Source of the DNA: Mytilus trossulus
Taxonomy: Eukaryota
DNA length: 64,000 bases
Assembly: GCF_036588685.1 (NCBI RefSeq)
Contig: NC_086382.1
Span: forward strand, 36,580,001-36,644,000
Reading direction: 5' to 3'
Below, piece after piece: positions 36,603-55,729 of this stretch. Position numbers and translations under genes: made by a program. Numbering within the stretch: the first letter of the stretch is position 1; each line of letters opens with the position of its first letter. The notes under the pieces are model-generated. The model saw nothing but the letters and a program-made list of their open reading frames with translations, was not told the origin of the DNA and did no database searches.

Positions 36603-39600
36603 CAAATAGGTGCATTAATCATCATAATTATGATAAACCATTAGACTGGAATACAATTGAACATGTGAAAAAAGCTTGGACAGGGGTTACATGCTTTGAG
36701 AATTCTCAATGTACCTCATGTTCTCTATTGGCATTCTGGCTTCCTTCATCGATAAATACTGGCTGCCTGCAGTGCTGGAAGTGGTATTAAACACCAGCTA
36801 TTCAATCAACTAATCATGTTGTCTCACATGAAGTTTTCAATTCACAAGAGTTGATATGCCCAGTCTTTGACAACCATATGTACATGGTAAAGATTTAACA
36901 ACAGTTTATTGATTAGGCACATATTTAAGATACTTATCATTTTCTGTAGCATGAAGTTTATATGGTTATTTTTAACTATGTGTACCATTTTTTGTGTGAA
37001 AGAGAGTTTTGAATTTCAATATAAATGTATAAAGTAATATTTGTTGGTATTTATGTTTTAACATTCGTTTTGTGTCATATGAAACATATTATTTTCATTA
37101 TTTAGCTTGCACTGTAAACCATTTCCTCTACGTCATGCATATAATTAATTTTAACACAGAGGATTGCCTCAGAATTTGATGCTATTTTTGTAATGATATG
37201 TATTTCAAGTTCTCTCATGGCCACCTCATTTTGTTTTTGACCATCTGTGATGAATAGATGGTAAAATACAGATATAAATTGTTAGTACATATGTGTTACT
37301 GGGTTGCTGTCTTGTTAAAATTGTGTAAATTTTCAACATCAATAATTTAATACATGAAAAAATTAAAAAGATACCAGTTAAATGCATATGAGACTGCATT
37401 CTCAAAAACAGATTGGTAAAACTAAAAAGTTCACAGTATTCCTTTCAATTTTGCCCATGAAGACACAGGAAATTGGAAGCAAATTTGCTTTGTTTTTTTA
37501 AAACAAAAACAATATCTGATTTGGTCAAATAATGAATATAATACACAAGCTTGTCTTCTAAAAACAAAAACAAAATTTCATGATTCACCATTATAGATAA
37601 TTATGGCAGTGAATTTCTTCCCCTTTGTATCAGTGAGTCACTTCCCTTTTTTGGATGTGAATACTTGTTAAATTGATTGTAATTTAAATGTATATCATCA
37701 AAATAAAAGAAAAACTTAGTCATAATTCAAAGTTTTAGTTTTTGTTGTTATTAAGATCAGGATTTAATTTATATGATAAGGAGACTTGTCCTGTGTTTAA
37801 GTCTCTATGGTGACCTTTAATTTGTTGGTTTTTTTTCTGAATGTTGTTGGTTTGTTGTATCATATACCAAACATTTTCTTTTATCAGGTATTTATATTTC
37901 AAATAATTATTGATCTGTATCTGAGTCTTCACACTTAACCACAGGCCCACTGGCCAAGGCTGTAAAACTTATCTCTACAGGCAATTAGAATATAACACAA
38001 ATTTCAACAATGGGCCTCTTGGTTCAAAAGTTTTCACATCTTCAACAAATACTCAAGAATACATTGAGGCCTTTATTACGAAATTTAGCAAATTTTTAAG
38101 AATGGTGTTCTGAGGGTCTGTCAATTTTAGACGATTTTCAGGTATGTTCCTCGTATGAGAAGTAAGTGACAATGACATGATTATGTATTACTTTCATCCA
38201 ATTATAAATGTGAATGGAGCTATGAGTGATTAGTTTGTGGTCACAACTTTTAAATGTTAAATTTCATTTTATGAAAGAGTTTTGTGAATGTTGATTTACG
38301 CAAGTATGAAAAAATGAGCATTAACTTATGATATATATGAATTCTAGACTTTTTGGTCCTTCTCATTTTCATGAATATCTTTCATCGATGGTTATCAATT
38401 GTCCAGATACTTATAAGATTTTTTTTTTGTCTTTTAATTATCACTGATGCCAGTATGATCTTCACCTTGAACAAGAAATTTTGAAACTTTTCAAAACATT
38501 TTAGATTCAAAGAATATATGTTTATCTTTCTTTATTTGCTTTTGATCAACTGAAGTCACTGCATCCTTTTCCTCAGGAGTCATTTGAAGAAAATATGTGT
38601 ATCTGGCAACATCTTTTTGAGAGCTTAAAACTAACTTAAAAAAAACAACATATTTTTGTGTTTTAAACACATGGTTCTGAAATAAAACTCCTAGAAGTTA
38701 TCAGGAAAAAGGTAAATTAAGAGCTTGTTTATAGTATGTAATGTATCAACTGTTTTATATTTATTTCCTGGCCTAGGGGAAGGGAACTCTGTTATCAGAC
38801 CTACCAAACACAAGATATTTTCTATATTTTGCAGTTTCGAAATTAAATGTATTCTAGGTAATATTTTGAAAAGTATACACCAATATGTTATGATTTGTCT
38901 ATGCCCTTAGCAAAGCATATCTTACCAATTTAAGTGTTATCCACAATCTATCAGAGTCTTTTGCAAATAACAGAAGGATATTAACACTATAGTGGTCAGT
39001 ACCAGCTTCATTGGACTCGAAAATATCATATTTACTTGGTTTGTATGAGCAGTCAGGTTGCTTTTTTATCAAACAGTACTAGTATTAGAATTTGCCGTTT
39101 CAGAATCTAATGCATCCTGGGTAATAACTTTAAAAAAGTACACTAAAACGTTTGGTTAAAAATGTCAAAAACAATGGAAATTCAACCAATGACATGACAT
39201 TATTTTCATTTTGGGGTACGAACACTGAAGTTACCCATGATTCTTTACATTCTGGAAAGGCTAATTAATACAATATCATCTCAAGGGATTTAAACCAATA
39301 CATGTAGAACTATATTCAAAATTAGTATGTTGTATTATTTATTATTCTGAATGTCATTGTCACAATTGAAGAATCCTACTTAAATAAAAATTTCAGCTAT
39401 ATGAATTATTTTTATTTGAAAGTACTCCTCATAGAAGGGACTTCCAATGTTTATAAAAATCATTTTGTATCTGCATAACTATGTTTTTTTGAAAAATGTT
39501 TTATTTAAATGTATGAAATTCATGTATTGAAAACATGTAGCAATGAATTCCAGATATTCAGATCTTAGAAAATTCAAGCAAAAAAATAATCATTGATTAC

Positions 39601-40963
39601 AAAATTTAAAGGATAGTTGTTTATAAATCATGACATTTATTGTTAAATGTTATTTGTGTGATGAATCACTAATAGTGAAATAAAGAAATATCTTTCTATA
39701 TTTGTCTTGAGGTTATTATTATTTGCAAGTCTGAGAGGTTAGTTCCAATGTAACTATAATCTTCATCTTATTTTTATGTCCAAGGCTGGGCATTATGTTT
39801 TCCTGTCTGTGCGTCCAATAGTCTGTCTGCTCAACCTCCTGTTCCACTTCAAGTTCAACTTATTGGCCAAGATAGGTTTTGGGGAAGTTTGTGGGATGAT
39901 GCATGTATAGGTTAGGAGTAGGGTTTGGCACCAGCAAAACTAGTTTAACCAACCACAATCTGTATGAGCCTGTCCCAAATCAGGAGCCTAAAATTCACTG
40001 GTTGTCATTTGGTGCTGTGTATTATATTTATTTTTCATTTATTGTTTTGTACATAAATCAGGCCATTTGTTTTCTTGTTTGAAGTGCATTTGTCATTTCA
40101 GGGCCTTTTATGGCCGACTATGCGTTATTTGATTTGCTCATCATTGAAGACCATACAGTGACCTTAAGTTATGAACTTCTTTGTTTTTGGGACTTCGATT
40201 AAGAGTTGTCTCATTGGCAGTCATACCACATCTTATTTTAATAAAAGGAGACACTAGTTCGTTGAAAGCACTTGGTTTTAATTAGTGTTTTCCCCACAGG
40301 TTTTGTTCTTGCATTGTAAAGTCAAATGGATTAGTGTGTTTTGAATATCAGAAAATACTGTTGTCTCTTGGCAGTCTATTTAAACCAGAGTTATCCTTTG
40401 TTTCAACTCAACCAAAGCAGAAAACAGTCGTAACTGCTTTTGTCCGCTGTCTATTTAAATTAATATATGCTTTTTAAGTTTTCATTGTCTCATCTAAACG
40501 AAGTCACAACAAGAATGTGTCCATAGTACACGGATGCCCCACTCGCACTATCATTTTCTATGTTTACTGGACTGTGAAATTGGAATAAATTCTCTAATTT
40601 GGCATTAAAATTAGAATGATATTATCAAAGGGAACATGTATACTAAGTTTCAAGTTGATTGGACTTCAACTTCATCAAAAACAACCTTGACCAAAAACTT
40701 TAACCTGAAGTGTAACAGACAGACAGAAGAACGAACGGACACACAGACCAGAAAACATAATGCCCCTCTACTATCATAGGTGGGGCATAAAAATGAAATT
40801 TGAGCATTTTCTTTCCATCATTGGTGATGCAAAAATTTGCTTAAGTTCAAGAAAATTTCAGTTAAAGGGGGACTACTTTTACAAATATTTTTAGAATTGT
40901 TTGGTGTATAAAGCCACTTGAATCATCCTTGGAGTCCAGTTTTTGTTGGTGAAGGAAACCAAA

Positions 40964-41365
40964 GTATCTGGAGAGAACCATCAACAATCAGTATGAATCT
41001 GGAGAGAACCATCAACAATCAGTATGTTTCTGAAGAGAACCATCAACAATCAGTATGAATCTGGAGAGAACCATCAATAATCAGTATGAATCTGGAGAGA
41101 ACAATCAATAATCAGTATGAATCTGGAGAGAACAATCAATAATCAGTATGAATCTGGAGAGAACCATCAATAATCAGTATGAATCTGGAGAGAACCATCA
41201 ACAATCAGTATAAATCTGGAGAGAACCATCAATAATCAGTATGAATCTGGAGAGAACCATCAACAATCAGTATGAATCTGGAGAGAACCATCAATAATCA
41301 GTATGAATCTGGAGAGAACCATCAATAATCAGTATGAATCTGGAGAGAACCATCAACAACGAGTA
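40964..41365. repeat. 31-bp minisatellite (~13 copies) abutting the POLR2F 3' end
   Basis: Unit GAATCTGGAGAGAACCATCAA(C/T)AATCAGTAT. It starts within a SINE-like segment (CAGTTTTTGTTGGTGAAGGAAACC). Confidence 0.92.
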
Positions 41366-41379
41366 TCTCATGATATGAG

Positions 41380-41385
41380 TTTATT
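41380..41385 (-). terminator. Likely polyadenylation signal of POLR2F
   Basis: AATAAA on the minus strand ~105 nt after the stop codon. Confidence 0.55.
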
Positions 41386-41489
41386 TACACAATGACAATG
41401 TAAAATAAAAGGTACTGTCAAATCTTCATATTAAAAAAGGTATACAAAATTAACAAATATTTAGTCTTGCTACATTGCACATAATTCTT

Positions 41490-46616
<5,127 letters not shown>

Positions 46617-46623
<7 letters not shown>

Positions 46624-46690
46624 CTTGCAATGTAGTCCAAGTCTCAGAGACGCTTTAGTCTGAATAATTTTGATCACAGTTCGGACTACA
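46617..46690 (-). promoter_or_regulatory. POLR2F proximal promoter / 5' UTR motifs
   Basis: YY1-type CAAGATGGCGG over the ATG; GGACTACA on - (46631-46638) and on + (46683-46690). Confidence 0.5.
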
Positions 46691-47607
46691 GATGTATAAT
46701 AATCCGCATCTGACTGAACATATTTCTGTCTTTGAAGAAATGATCAGAAATAACATAAAAAATGTGATGCACACTGAATAACCAGCGTAGCGGGTCGTTT
46801 TAAAGTGTGCACCACATTTTTTATGTAATTTCTAATAGACCTAAAAAATATTACAGTTATTTGTTTTATTTAATTCTAATTTCCATTTCAGTCACAGGAG
46901 AAAATCGCGAAAAAAACGCCGGTCACATGACAGAATTATGTCTATGAGCTGATAAGCAAAATACCCTTCCAGCTAATCAGAAGACGCGTTACATCCAAAA
47001 TTAAATTATTTGAGTGTACCTACCAACGCACAAGGCGCACAAGTTCTAAGATCTTATAAGATCTTGTACTGAGAAGCAAACTCACTCTTTTAACTTTAAA
47101 CTTTACAATAAAACGAATTTCCCACCTTTCAGATAGATAAAAATTCCGTCTTTGACTAAAAGCATCTTATTTTTAACCCTTTCAACATTTTTTTTCTATC
47201 ATTGAGTTTTTCTGTTTATTCTTCGCTCTCTTGCAAAAAGATATGCTTCTTTGTATTATAACTTTTATATCATAAATAATCAAAAGCTGATTGAATTTAA
47301 ATATATATAGATAATTCTACATCTACATGGTTGAAATGCAAAGGTCTAAGACCCATCACGCAAGTACTAATTAAGTCATTCAATATGGTGCTCATTAAAA
47401 ACATATCGACATGTGAAATTATAATTGAATGTTTGTTGCGCGACTATACTCTGTTAAATAAGATGTGAGGCTGTTCTTGAGAGCCTCTGCATCTTCTATA
47501 TTTAACAGTACGTCTTATTAGTAATTAAGGTATTCCAGTCTTTGATGGTACGTGGAAAGAAGCTCGTTTGTAGGTCACGGTGTGTTGAAGTTTGAAGGTT
47601 TCTAAAA

Positions 47608-48156
47608 TAAAATTGAGAATGGAAATGGGGAATGTGTCAAATAGACAACAACCCGACCAAATAAAAAACAACAGCAGAAGGTCACCAACAGGTCTTTAAT
47701 GTAGCAAGAAATTCTCGCACCCGGAGGCGTCCTTCAGCTGGCCCCTAAACAAATATATACTAGTCCAGTGATAATGAACGCCATACTAATTCCCAAATTG
47801 TACACAAGAAACTAAAATTAAAATAATACAAGACTTATAAAGGCCAGAGGCTCCTGACTTGGGACAGGCGCAAAATGCGGCGGGGTTAAAAATGTTTGTG
47901 AGATCTCAACCCTCCCCCTATACCTCTAACCAATGTAGAAAAGTAAACGCATAACAATACGCACATTAAAATTCAGTTCAAGAGAAGTCCGAGTCTGATG
48001 TCAGAAGATGTAACCAAAGAAAATAAACAAAATGACAATAATACATAAATAACAACAGACTACTAGCAGTTAACTGACATGCCAGCTCCAGACTTCAATT
48101 AAACTGACTGAAAGATTATGATTTCATCATATGAACATCAGGCACAATCCTTCCCG
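47608..48156 (-). mobile_element. Second, shorter copy (3' UTR only) of the Penelope-like element
   Basis: Near-identical to 31265-31812. TSD TTCTAAAA at 47600-47607 and 48157-48164. More diverged 3'-end pieces occur at ~53953-54110 and ~63731-63900. Confidence 0.9.
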
Positions 48157-51100
48157 TTCTAAAAGTTTACTTAAATTTGGTGGTATTGCCGTGTTGTCCT
48201 GCCTTGTTTTTCTACATAATCTGGCTTGAATATTTATGGCTAATTTTTCTATCACGGTAAAGCTTTGTGAAACAATCAAAGCCTTTTTATTTCCCGTCAA
48301 GTCTCTATAGAGCTCGTAAACTTAGATCCACCCTATGTAAACTAATTGATCCTTTGAATAAATTTGTCTAACTATACAAATCCTTGATTAAATTGATTAA
48401 GTCTAAAAGGTTAACAAGATAAAATTACAAAAAAAAATAGTTTGAAGGCCGGCGCAACCCTCCACCTAACCTTGCATGGATAGTTATGTAACAGTACATC
48501 ATAAAAGACAATCTATAGAGTTAACTTTAATTGAAAAGGCCTTCAACAATGAGTGAAACTTATTCCACAAAGTCAGCTAAAAAAGCACCGAAATGACAAA
48601 TGTAAAACAATTCAAACGTGAAAACTATCGGCCTGATTTATGTACAAAATAATGAACGAAAATTTACGCTCATGCATGACTTCAGACAGTCACATATATA
48701 ATTTTGCGAGGTCAAATTAGTTTGAAGGCGCACCAATGCTCCCCTAACCTGGGACACTGGTATAACAGTACATAATAATAACTGGGCATCTGCGGAACAC
48801 GGTGTCTCGCCTACGATGGCTGTTTTAATACACTAGTTCAGGGAAACAATGCGCATGTGCTAGATCGATCGGGATCTCAGATCGGCATCGTTATTACTGT
48901 AGTCAGATTAATGAATACTTTATTTCAAGAAGCACATACATGTACATGCATGCTATGGGAAACGAAAATATATACAATATATGACAAAAGACAGCAGAGA
49001 ACAGAAGTTACATAGACAATAATATTGTGACACTATATGTGATCTAATTTCCCAAGCTGCATTTGACTAGTTGCATAGTATATTTCAAAACCAAATACTA
49101 GTTTAAATATACAGTTGTTCTAAAGCTGAAGATTACACTTACATATTAAAACAGAATATGTTGACCGTTATGTTAATTCATCTTAAATACAAAACTGTCA
49201 AAAGGAACGTTTGATGTCACCTGACTTAAAGTGTTACCTTCACGCAAAAATGGACAGATTCATGCTGTGTTCACTTAGCAGATCGTCTATATATTCAAGA
49301 AGGTACGGGTGCTATATCTTAGGCACTGATCTTATGTCATAAAAATAAAAGTCAATTAACACCTAGGGCATATGGTATCATAAAGTTTTAATCTCACCAG
49401 GCGGCAGTTAGCCTATGATACAATTACTATACCCTTAATAATCATAATTATGTTCTGACAGTAAGGTACCATTAAAATTTATGTTCAAAATCTATAAAGC
49501 CCTAATTGCATGCGTGTATTAAATTTACATAAACTTTATTGTGCTTAATTCCGAAATGCATCAAATATTGACATTTTTTTTAGGAAAAAGGGGGGGGGGT
49601 CTGGGTCGTTCAGCATTTTATTTTGACATATTGTAAAGCATATATAATATTGTATACAGAATATCTAATTCACTTCAAACAGATTTAATAAGATCTTAAA
49701 CAGAATAAAAGATAATCTATATAATTTTTTTTCTTCAGAAACTAGATTTTCACACATACCTGTATATATAGTTTGGCATTTGATTACATACTTTTAATGA
49801 ACAGTTCTGTTATTTTATTTTTGTGTCAGAAAATTCACGTTAATAGGTAGAATGATACTAAATGTGAAAAAAAAACCCAATTATTGTCGTCTTGTAGAAA
49901 ACAAGGAGGTCTTAAAGATATATGAGTGAAATTTTAAACTGCCTACTTGGATCTATTGACATACATCCTTCTTTCTGACAAGTTTGGCGAAACCGATACT
50001 TGGCGATCCTAGATTCCGTCGTCAGCATTAACGCCGACTATTTCAGCATTAAAGAATCAGTCTGTGGTTAAAGTTTTGTGTTACATCAAAGTCGTTGTCA
50101 AACATAATGAAATTTCAGGAAATTTTGACAGAAGCTTCGTTATGTCCAAAATACAGTTTCCAGGGTAAAAGTTTGCAAATATTTATTTTCATTTTCCCGT
50201 ATTTTACTACTAGTATTAGATGGACTTCGTTTTTCCTAAACAGTTATACTTCATGTTTTGTCTCATGAGGTTAAAGTTTTTCATGCAGTCATCAATAACC
50301 GTTTTGTTTAATCGCCCAGTTGCAAGTTACATGCATATCATGCATGTAGGTCAAGATCATAATGATGATTTATGAATGTTGAAACTGTCTTATTATACAT
50401 TGCACTGGACTTTCCACTTTTTTTATTCAAATGCAACAGTCAGAGGAAAGACATTGTATAGATCTTATTAGTGGGTGTAGTTTTTTTGCTAAGAGTTTAA
50501 TTCCATATGACGACCTGAAGCTGTTTGATTTTATGGGAACATATTTTTTAAAATATCATGGTTTGAACAAGAAACGTATATACTGTTCCAAGGTTTAACG
50601 ATAAGACTATTTATACAATATTGAAAACAACATTTATGAAGCCATGGTTATTTTTTATCGAATACATCGCATAAATGATTCATGATATCGACTATATATG
50701 TTATGACCAGCAACAACTTATCAAAAAGCTTCGTTTTTAATTACATGAAAATTATGCGGTTTAAATTCTTTATATTGAATCTCCCGAAAAAAGCTAAAAC
50801 AAAAAAAATGTATTGTCACCGTTGTATGATATACTGTTTTGGCAAATAATGCCATTTTATACGCCAGCATGTTTATAGAAATAATTCTCAATCGCCTAAG
50901 ATGATATTTCTGCACATAATTTTCCTAAAAGTTCTCAACAGCTTCTAGGGACTTGAAGGACCTCGTTCCTTCTTTATCAAACATTTCGTTTTGGTTATTT
51001 GCAAGCCGTAATTTTCAAGTTTCTTTCTTTCTTTCACAATTTTCTCCCGTAATTTTCAAACACTGGGTCTCGAAATTTTTCACAGTATTTTTTATTTTAC

Positions 51101-52217
51101 TTTATTAAACATTAACATAAACTAACAAAAACAGATGCCACTTAACGACTTCACAGGTAAACGGGAAAGCGGCGGGCGTCCTAATAGATCTAATAAACAT
51201 CGAATATTGATATGTACCATACATGATCCATATGACTTTGCCCCCAGTTCATCCAAATCTCGCATATTATCGCATGAATTTTATTTAAACGCTTGACCCA
51301 CTCAGAATTGTAGGTCGCGAACAAGCTTTCCCTGAACTGGTGTATTGTCAATGTAAAAGTGTATATAAAAAAGAAGATGTGGTATGATTGCCAATGAGAC
51401 AACTGTCCATTAGAGCCCAAAATGACACAGAAAATAACATATGTTGACATAAAAGGTACATGAGGTAAGTCCGCTTCGCTGTAAGATAAAGATTTTTCTT
51501 TATATCAAACATTTTCTGCAGGTGCTGTATTTTGGTCTTTGAAATTTAAATCAAACATTTTCTTCAGGTGCTGTATTTTGGTCTTTGAAATTAGCTTCTG
51601 TTAAAGTTTCATGACAATCCATGAAGGTTTAAAAACTTGTCACGTACTTTTTTTATGTTTATCTAAGACTTTAATTGTTTACTTTTAAAAAAATATTAGT
51701 CAATCTATCGGAAAAATACTGAAAATGAAAATAGATTTTAAAAACTTTGCGCCAGACATTATCTCTTATATATGATTAAGCTTCTGCTAAATTTTAATAA
51801 AATTATATGAAGGTTTGACAAGGTGAAACAAACTTTAATCCAAGACTGTATCAACTTATTAACCGTGAAATCAACTAATCATAAAAAATGATGTGATAAT
51901 GAGACAACTCTTGGCAAGAGACAAAATGACACAGAAATTAACAACTTTAGGTCACCGTACGGCCTTCAACAATGTGCAAAGCTCTGGTTAATTGTTTCAT
52001 CAATTCAGTTGCTTGCTGTTTAGACCTTTGAACATGGGCTGCGACGCAATGCAGTCTACGTTGATATCGTTGCGCATATGCCGTTGACTTCACGGGAGGC
52101 TTGTGACGTTACGTAAAACCATTAGCTACCACTATCGCCCAAGAATTGACAAGAGTGGAAGAAGCAGTTGTGTTACTGTCAATCCATTGTAGAAAATTTG
52201 CTTATCAATACGCTAGT

Positions 52218-55200
52218 ATGGCTGTTATTTTGATAGCAAGCATTGTAACTATGGTCCTACTTCAACCGTGGTCTGTTAATAACCCTATTGTAGAACTGTA
52301 AGTATCTAAATTTGTCTTATTTTTACCAAAGTAAAAGTAAAAGGTGTCTCAATTTTAGAATAGAGAATGGAAATAAGACTCGACCCATGAGCTTAGAACA
52401 ATTAGTCTTTAGTGACTGTATTTTTTAACTGATATGATATTGTGGACTACAAAAATTCCTCTGATATTTAATCTAAAACTTATATTAAATATGATTATTT
52501 CTTAGGTTTCTCACAGGTCTAAAAAGTAGTGTGTGCATATGTATGCACAGGCGCTAGGGACACCCTATTTCCAAATACATTTGTTTAAACAATTTTCCTA
52601 GAAAATACGAAAGCCGGGGCGTCATATTTATGATCTACCCGATGATTAGGTATGTGAAATAAGGTAGAAATTAATAAGGAATATTTACCGAAAAAAAAAT
52701 TCTAAAAAGGGGGGTCCATTTTTCAAGCGCACGAGTTTGTATAAAGGGTCACTCAAATGAATCACTAGTAAAATCATTTTGACAAATCGATCAAAAACAA
52801 TTTCCAAAACTCTTTCAGAGTAAACCCTTATTTTATTATTTCAGTAATGACCAAGAATTTCTGTTTGATCCATCTGATCTAGAGTTTTTAGATTTTGAGG
52901 TAAGTTTTCTTACTCCGTCTTTCTGGTTGACATTGTGTATTCTTTCTAAAACAAAAACTTACCTCGAATGCAGAAAAATACTACTGACTTGAAATATTTA
53001 AATGTATAACTTACATTGTACATGTTTATTGATACACATTCGCATGAATAGGTCCTTAAAATATCGTTTGATTACAGTTATGCTATTCCGGAGAGTTTTA
53101 CTTATATCGGAGAATCAGTATGCATTTAATGTAACCGTGAACAAGTTTATTTTAAATAAAGGCAACAGTAGTATACCACTGTTCGAAACTCTGTTTTTTT
53201 AAGTTCGTATTCATCAATATGGACTATGAGTTTTACAAAAAAGTTGGAGTTATAGCTCGAGTTCGAATTGAAGTCTGGTATCGTGTTAAACTTTCGAGTT
53301 TTTTTTTGTTGTTTTCTTTTGCTATAAGGAGAAATGCGTTCATTCTCTGCAAAATATGTTCTGAAAAGCCTCAACATTCAACTTACTGCTGTATACATTA
53401 TATTTTAGTTAGAAATTTGATCATAACAAATCAACGGACCAAAATTCAAAACGGTCTTTCTTTTATTTTGCAGGATTATTCGCTAATATGTATGCTGTTT
53501 GAAAACTTTCCATGGAAAACTATTTGTAAAGTTTTGACGTTGATCGCCGGCGACTATGTAGTTCTCCAGATTTTATGGAAAAGGAGAAACACAGGTAAAC
53601 ATATGTTGTTGTTTTTTTATTCTCCGGCTCTACGGTATACATCTCTCCTTATTCCCTTTTTCTTTTTGTCATCGGATGTAACTAGAACTGAGAACCAGAT
53701 TTTGTTACTGTTTCAATGATATGATTTGTATCCTGGTGGTGTGGGTTTATTTTTCATTTGGATTTGTTTACGCCATTTAATTTACCTAACTTTAGTTTTC
53801 CTGGCGAAGCCGTGTGGGGCGTTGTAAACTTTTTCGTAAATATGCTCTTTATAAAATATAAATCCTGTGTCCACGCTTCGCTTACTTAGCCGCGTCTCCA
53901 TAGTAAAGGAGCTTGTTTATTCTGTTCAGTTCAAATAGAGTGAAATTCCTTTTATAAAATTGAGAATTGAAATGGGGAATGTGTTAAAGAGAACAACCCG
54001 ACCAAAGAGTAGAAAACTGTCGAAAACCACTAATGAGTCTTCAACACAGCGAGAGGGGACAAAAATGTACCTGGAGGCGAGCTTCAGACGGCTTCTTAAA
54101 AAATGTGTATGACTGGTTCCATGAAGTTTTGTACTACAAACAGCTGCATCTGATCTGAAAATCTTTCAATCATTTCGAAAATAATCACTAGTTACTTAGC
54201 CTTCATATGATATCAAAATTACCCAATATTTTACTTATCAACAAAGTAACAATTATGCATGCGTAGGAATTATTTTGTTTGATTCGAGTAGTACTTTCCT
54301 GTATGTTCTTTCTGACAAAATAACAGCTTTGCGTAGGAACTATTTTGTTTTAATATGCGTAGTAGTTCACTGTATGTTCCTTCTGATTAAGTGGAGTTTA
54401 AAAACCTTATGTCAGCCTCAGTAAGTTGATCGTATTTATCTGATTTGAATATGTTACTTGGAAAAACACATTTTACATTCTACATAATTATTTTTTATTT
54501 CAATTGTAGTACGTCAATGGGATGTATTAATCTTCAATGAACCCCTGGAAAATCCTTGGGATGAACTTATAGGACATGCATTTGATAATCAAAAATCTGT
54601 GGTAAGTTTATGGACGATTTGGCCAATAAAATATAAAAGATATAAGAAGATGTGAAATGAGTGCCAATGAGACAACTCTCGATCCATAAGTTATTTTGCC
54701 AATTTAACAAAAGACGCCAGAAAGGGGGAAATAAACAACTATAGAACACTCCACATTACAATTAACACTACACATTACACCAAGCATGACACTTAACACT
54801 ACACATTACACTAAACATGACACTTATCACTACACGTTACAACTAACACTATACATTACACATTACACTTAACACTACACATTACATGCACTAAACACTC
54901 AACGTTACACTAAACACTCGACATTACAATAAATAATCATCGACATTACATTTGACACTGCTGTCACACTTTACACTTTACACTCGACATTAACATTAAC
55001 ACTACACATTACACTAAACACTCGGCAAAATTACACAGAACACTTTAAAAATAACACTTAATACTAAACGTTTATCTAAGACTTATTTATGACACTTACC
55101 ACTAGCATTTTCACTAGACACTAGACATTTAATTCAACATTAATTATACATTGTACTTAATTAAAATTTAATATTACATTTAACTTTGCGGGCTTTGCTT

Positions 55201-55302
55201 TATTGCATTAATTTCGTCAAAAACATATATGTGTATATATGTCTCTGGTTTTTGTATTTACTTTTAATGGTGTGTTTTTTTTTTATCTTTTCAGATCGAT
55301 AA
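52218..55302 (+). CDS. Candidate small spliced orphan protein (87 aa) with hydrophobic N-terminus and C-terminal hydrophobic segment
   Basis: Exons 52218-52297, 52845-52899, 53474-53594, 55295-55302, with strong GTAAGT/GTAAAC donors and polypyrimidine-CAG acceptors. The frame stays open across all three junctions; AATAAA at ~55364 and ~55414. No recognisable homology. Confidence 0.5.
54750..55140. repeat. Degenerate (ACACT/ACATT)n low-complexity satellite
   Basis: Repeated ACACTACACATTACACTAA-type motifs. Confidence 0.8.
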
Positions 55303-55466
55303 CGAAGCGACAAAGATGACGAAGAAAGCAGACTTTTATATTCAACATTATTCATATTTTTGATAATAAATTTTACGTTATTTGACTACCTTCATAAATG
55401 TTTTATTTCTTTTTAATAAAAGGAGAGGTGCAATATACGTATACGCCAATTAGACTGTAAACCAAT

Positions 55467-55498
<32 letters not shown>

Positions 55499-55729
55499 GG
55501 CGAGGATACAAAAAAATTGGACCTGCATTTCTCTGTCCTTCCTTTTAATTTTTCACTCTTTTCTGCCCTGCCTTTGCCGTTTTTTTATATCCTGACTTTT
55601 ATTTTTACATAAATTGTCATCCTGCCTTTTTTGTACTAAAAACTCCTGTTCTGCTTCTTCCTTTTTACACATTCTATCCTAGCCCTCCTTCCCCAATAAA
55701 AATCATATGGTGTCACGGTCCCGTAGCCT

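Noticed and set aside
52040-52110. In-frame TGAs upstream of the orphan ORF as possible selenocysteine codons
   Set aside because: No SECIS was found downstream of 55302 and there is no in-frame start. A frameshift or 5' UTR is the simpler explanation.
55467-55496. 30-nt poly-G run (and poly-C near 56563) as a G-quadruplex element
   Set aside because: Homopolymers in repeat-like sequence; their length is unreliable and nothing supports a function.
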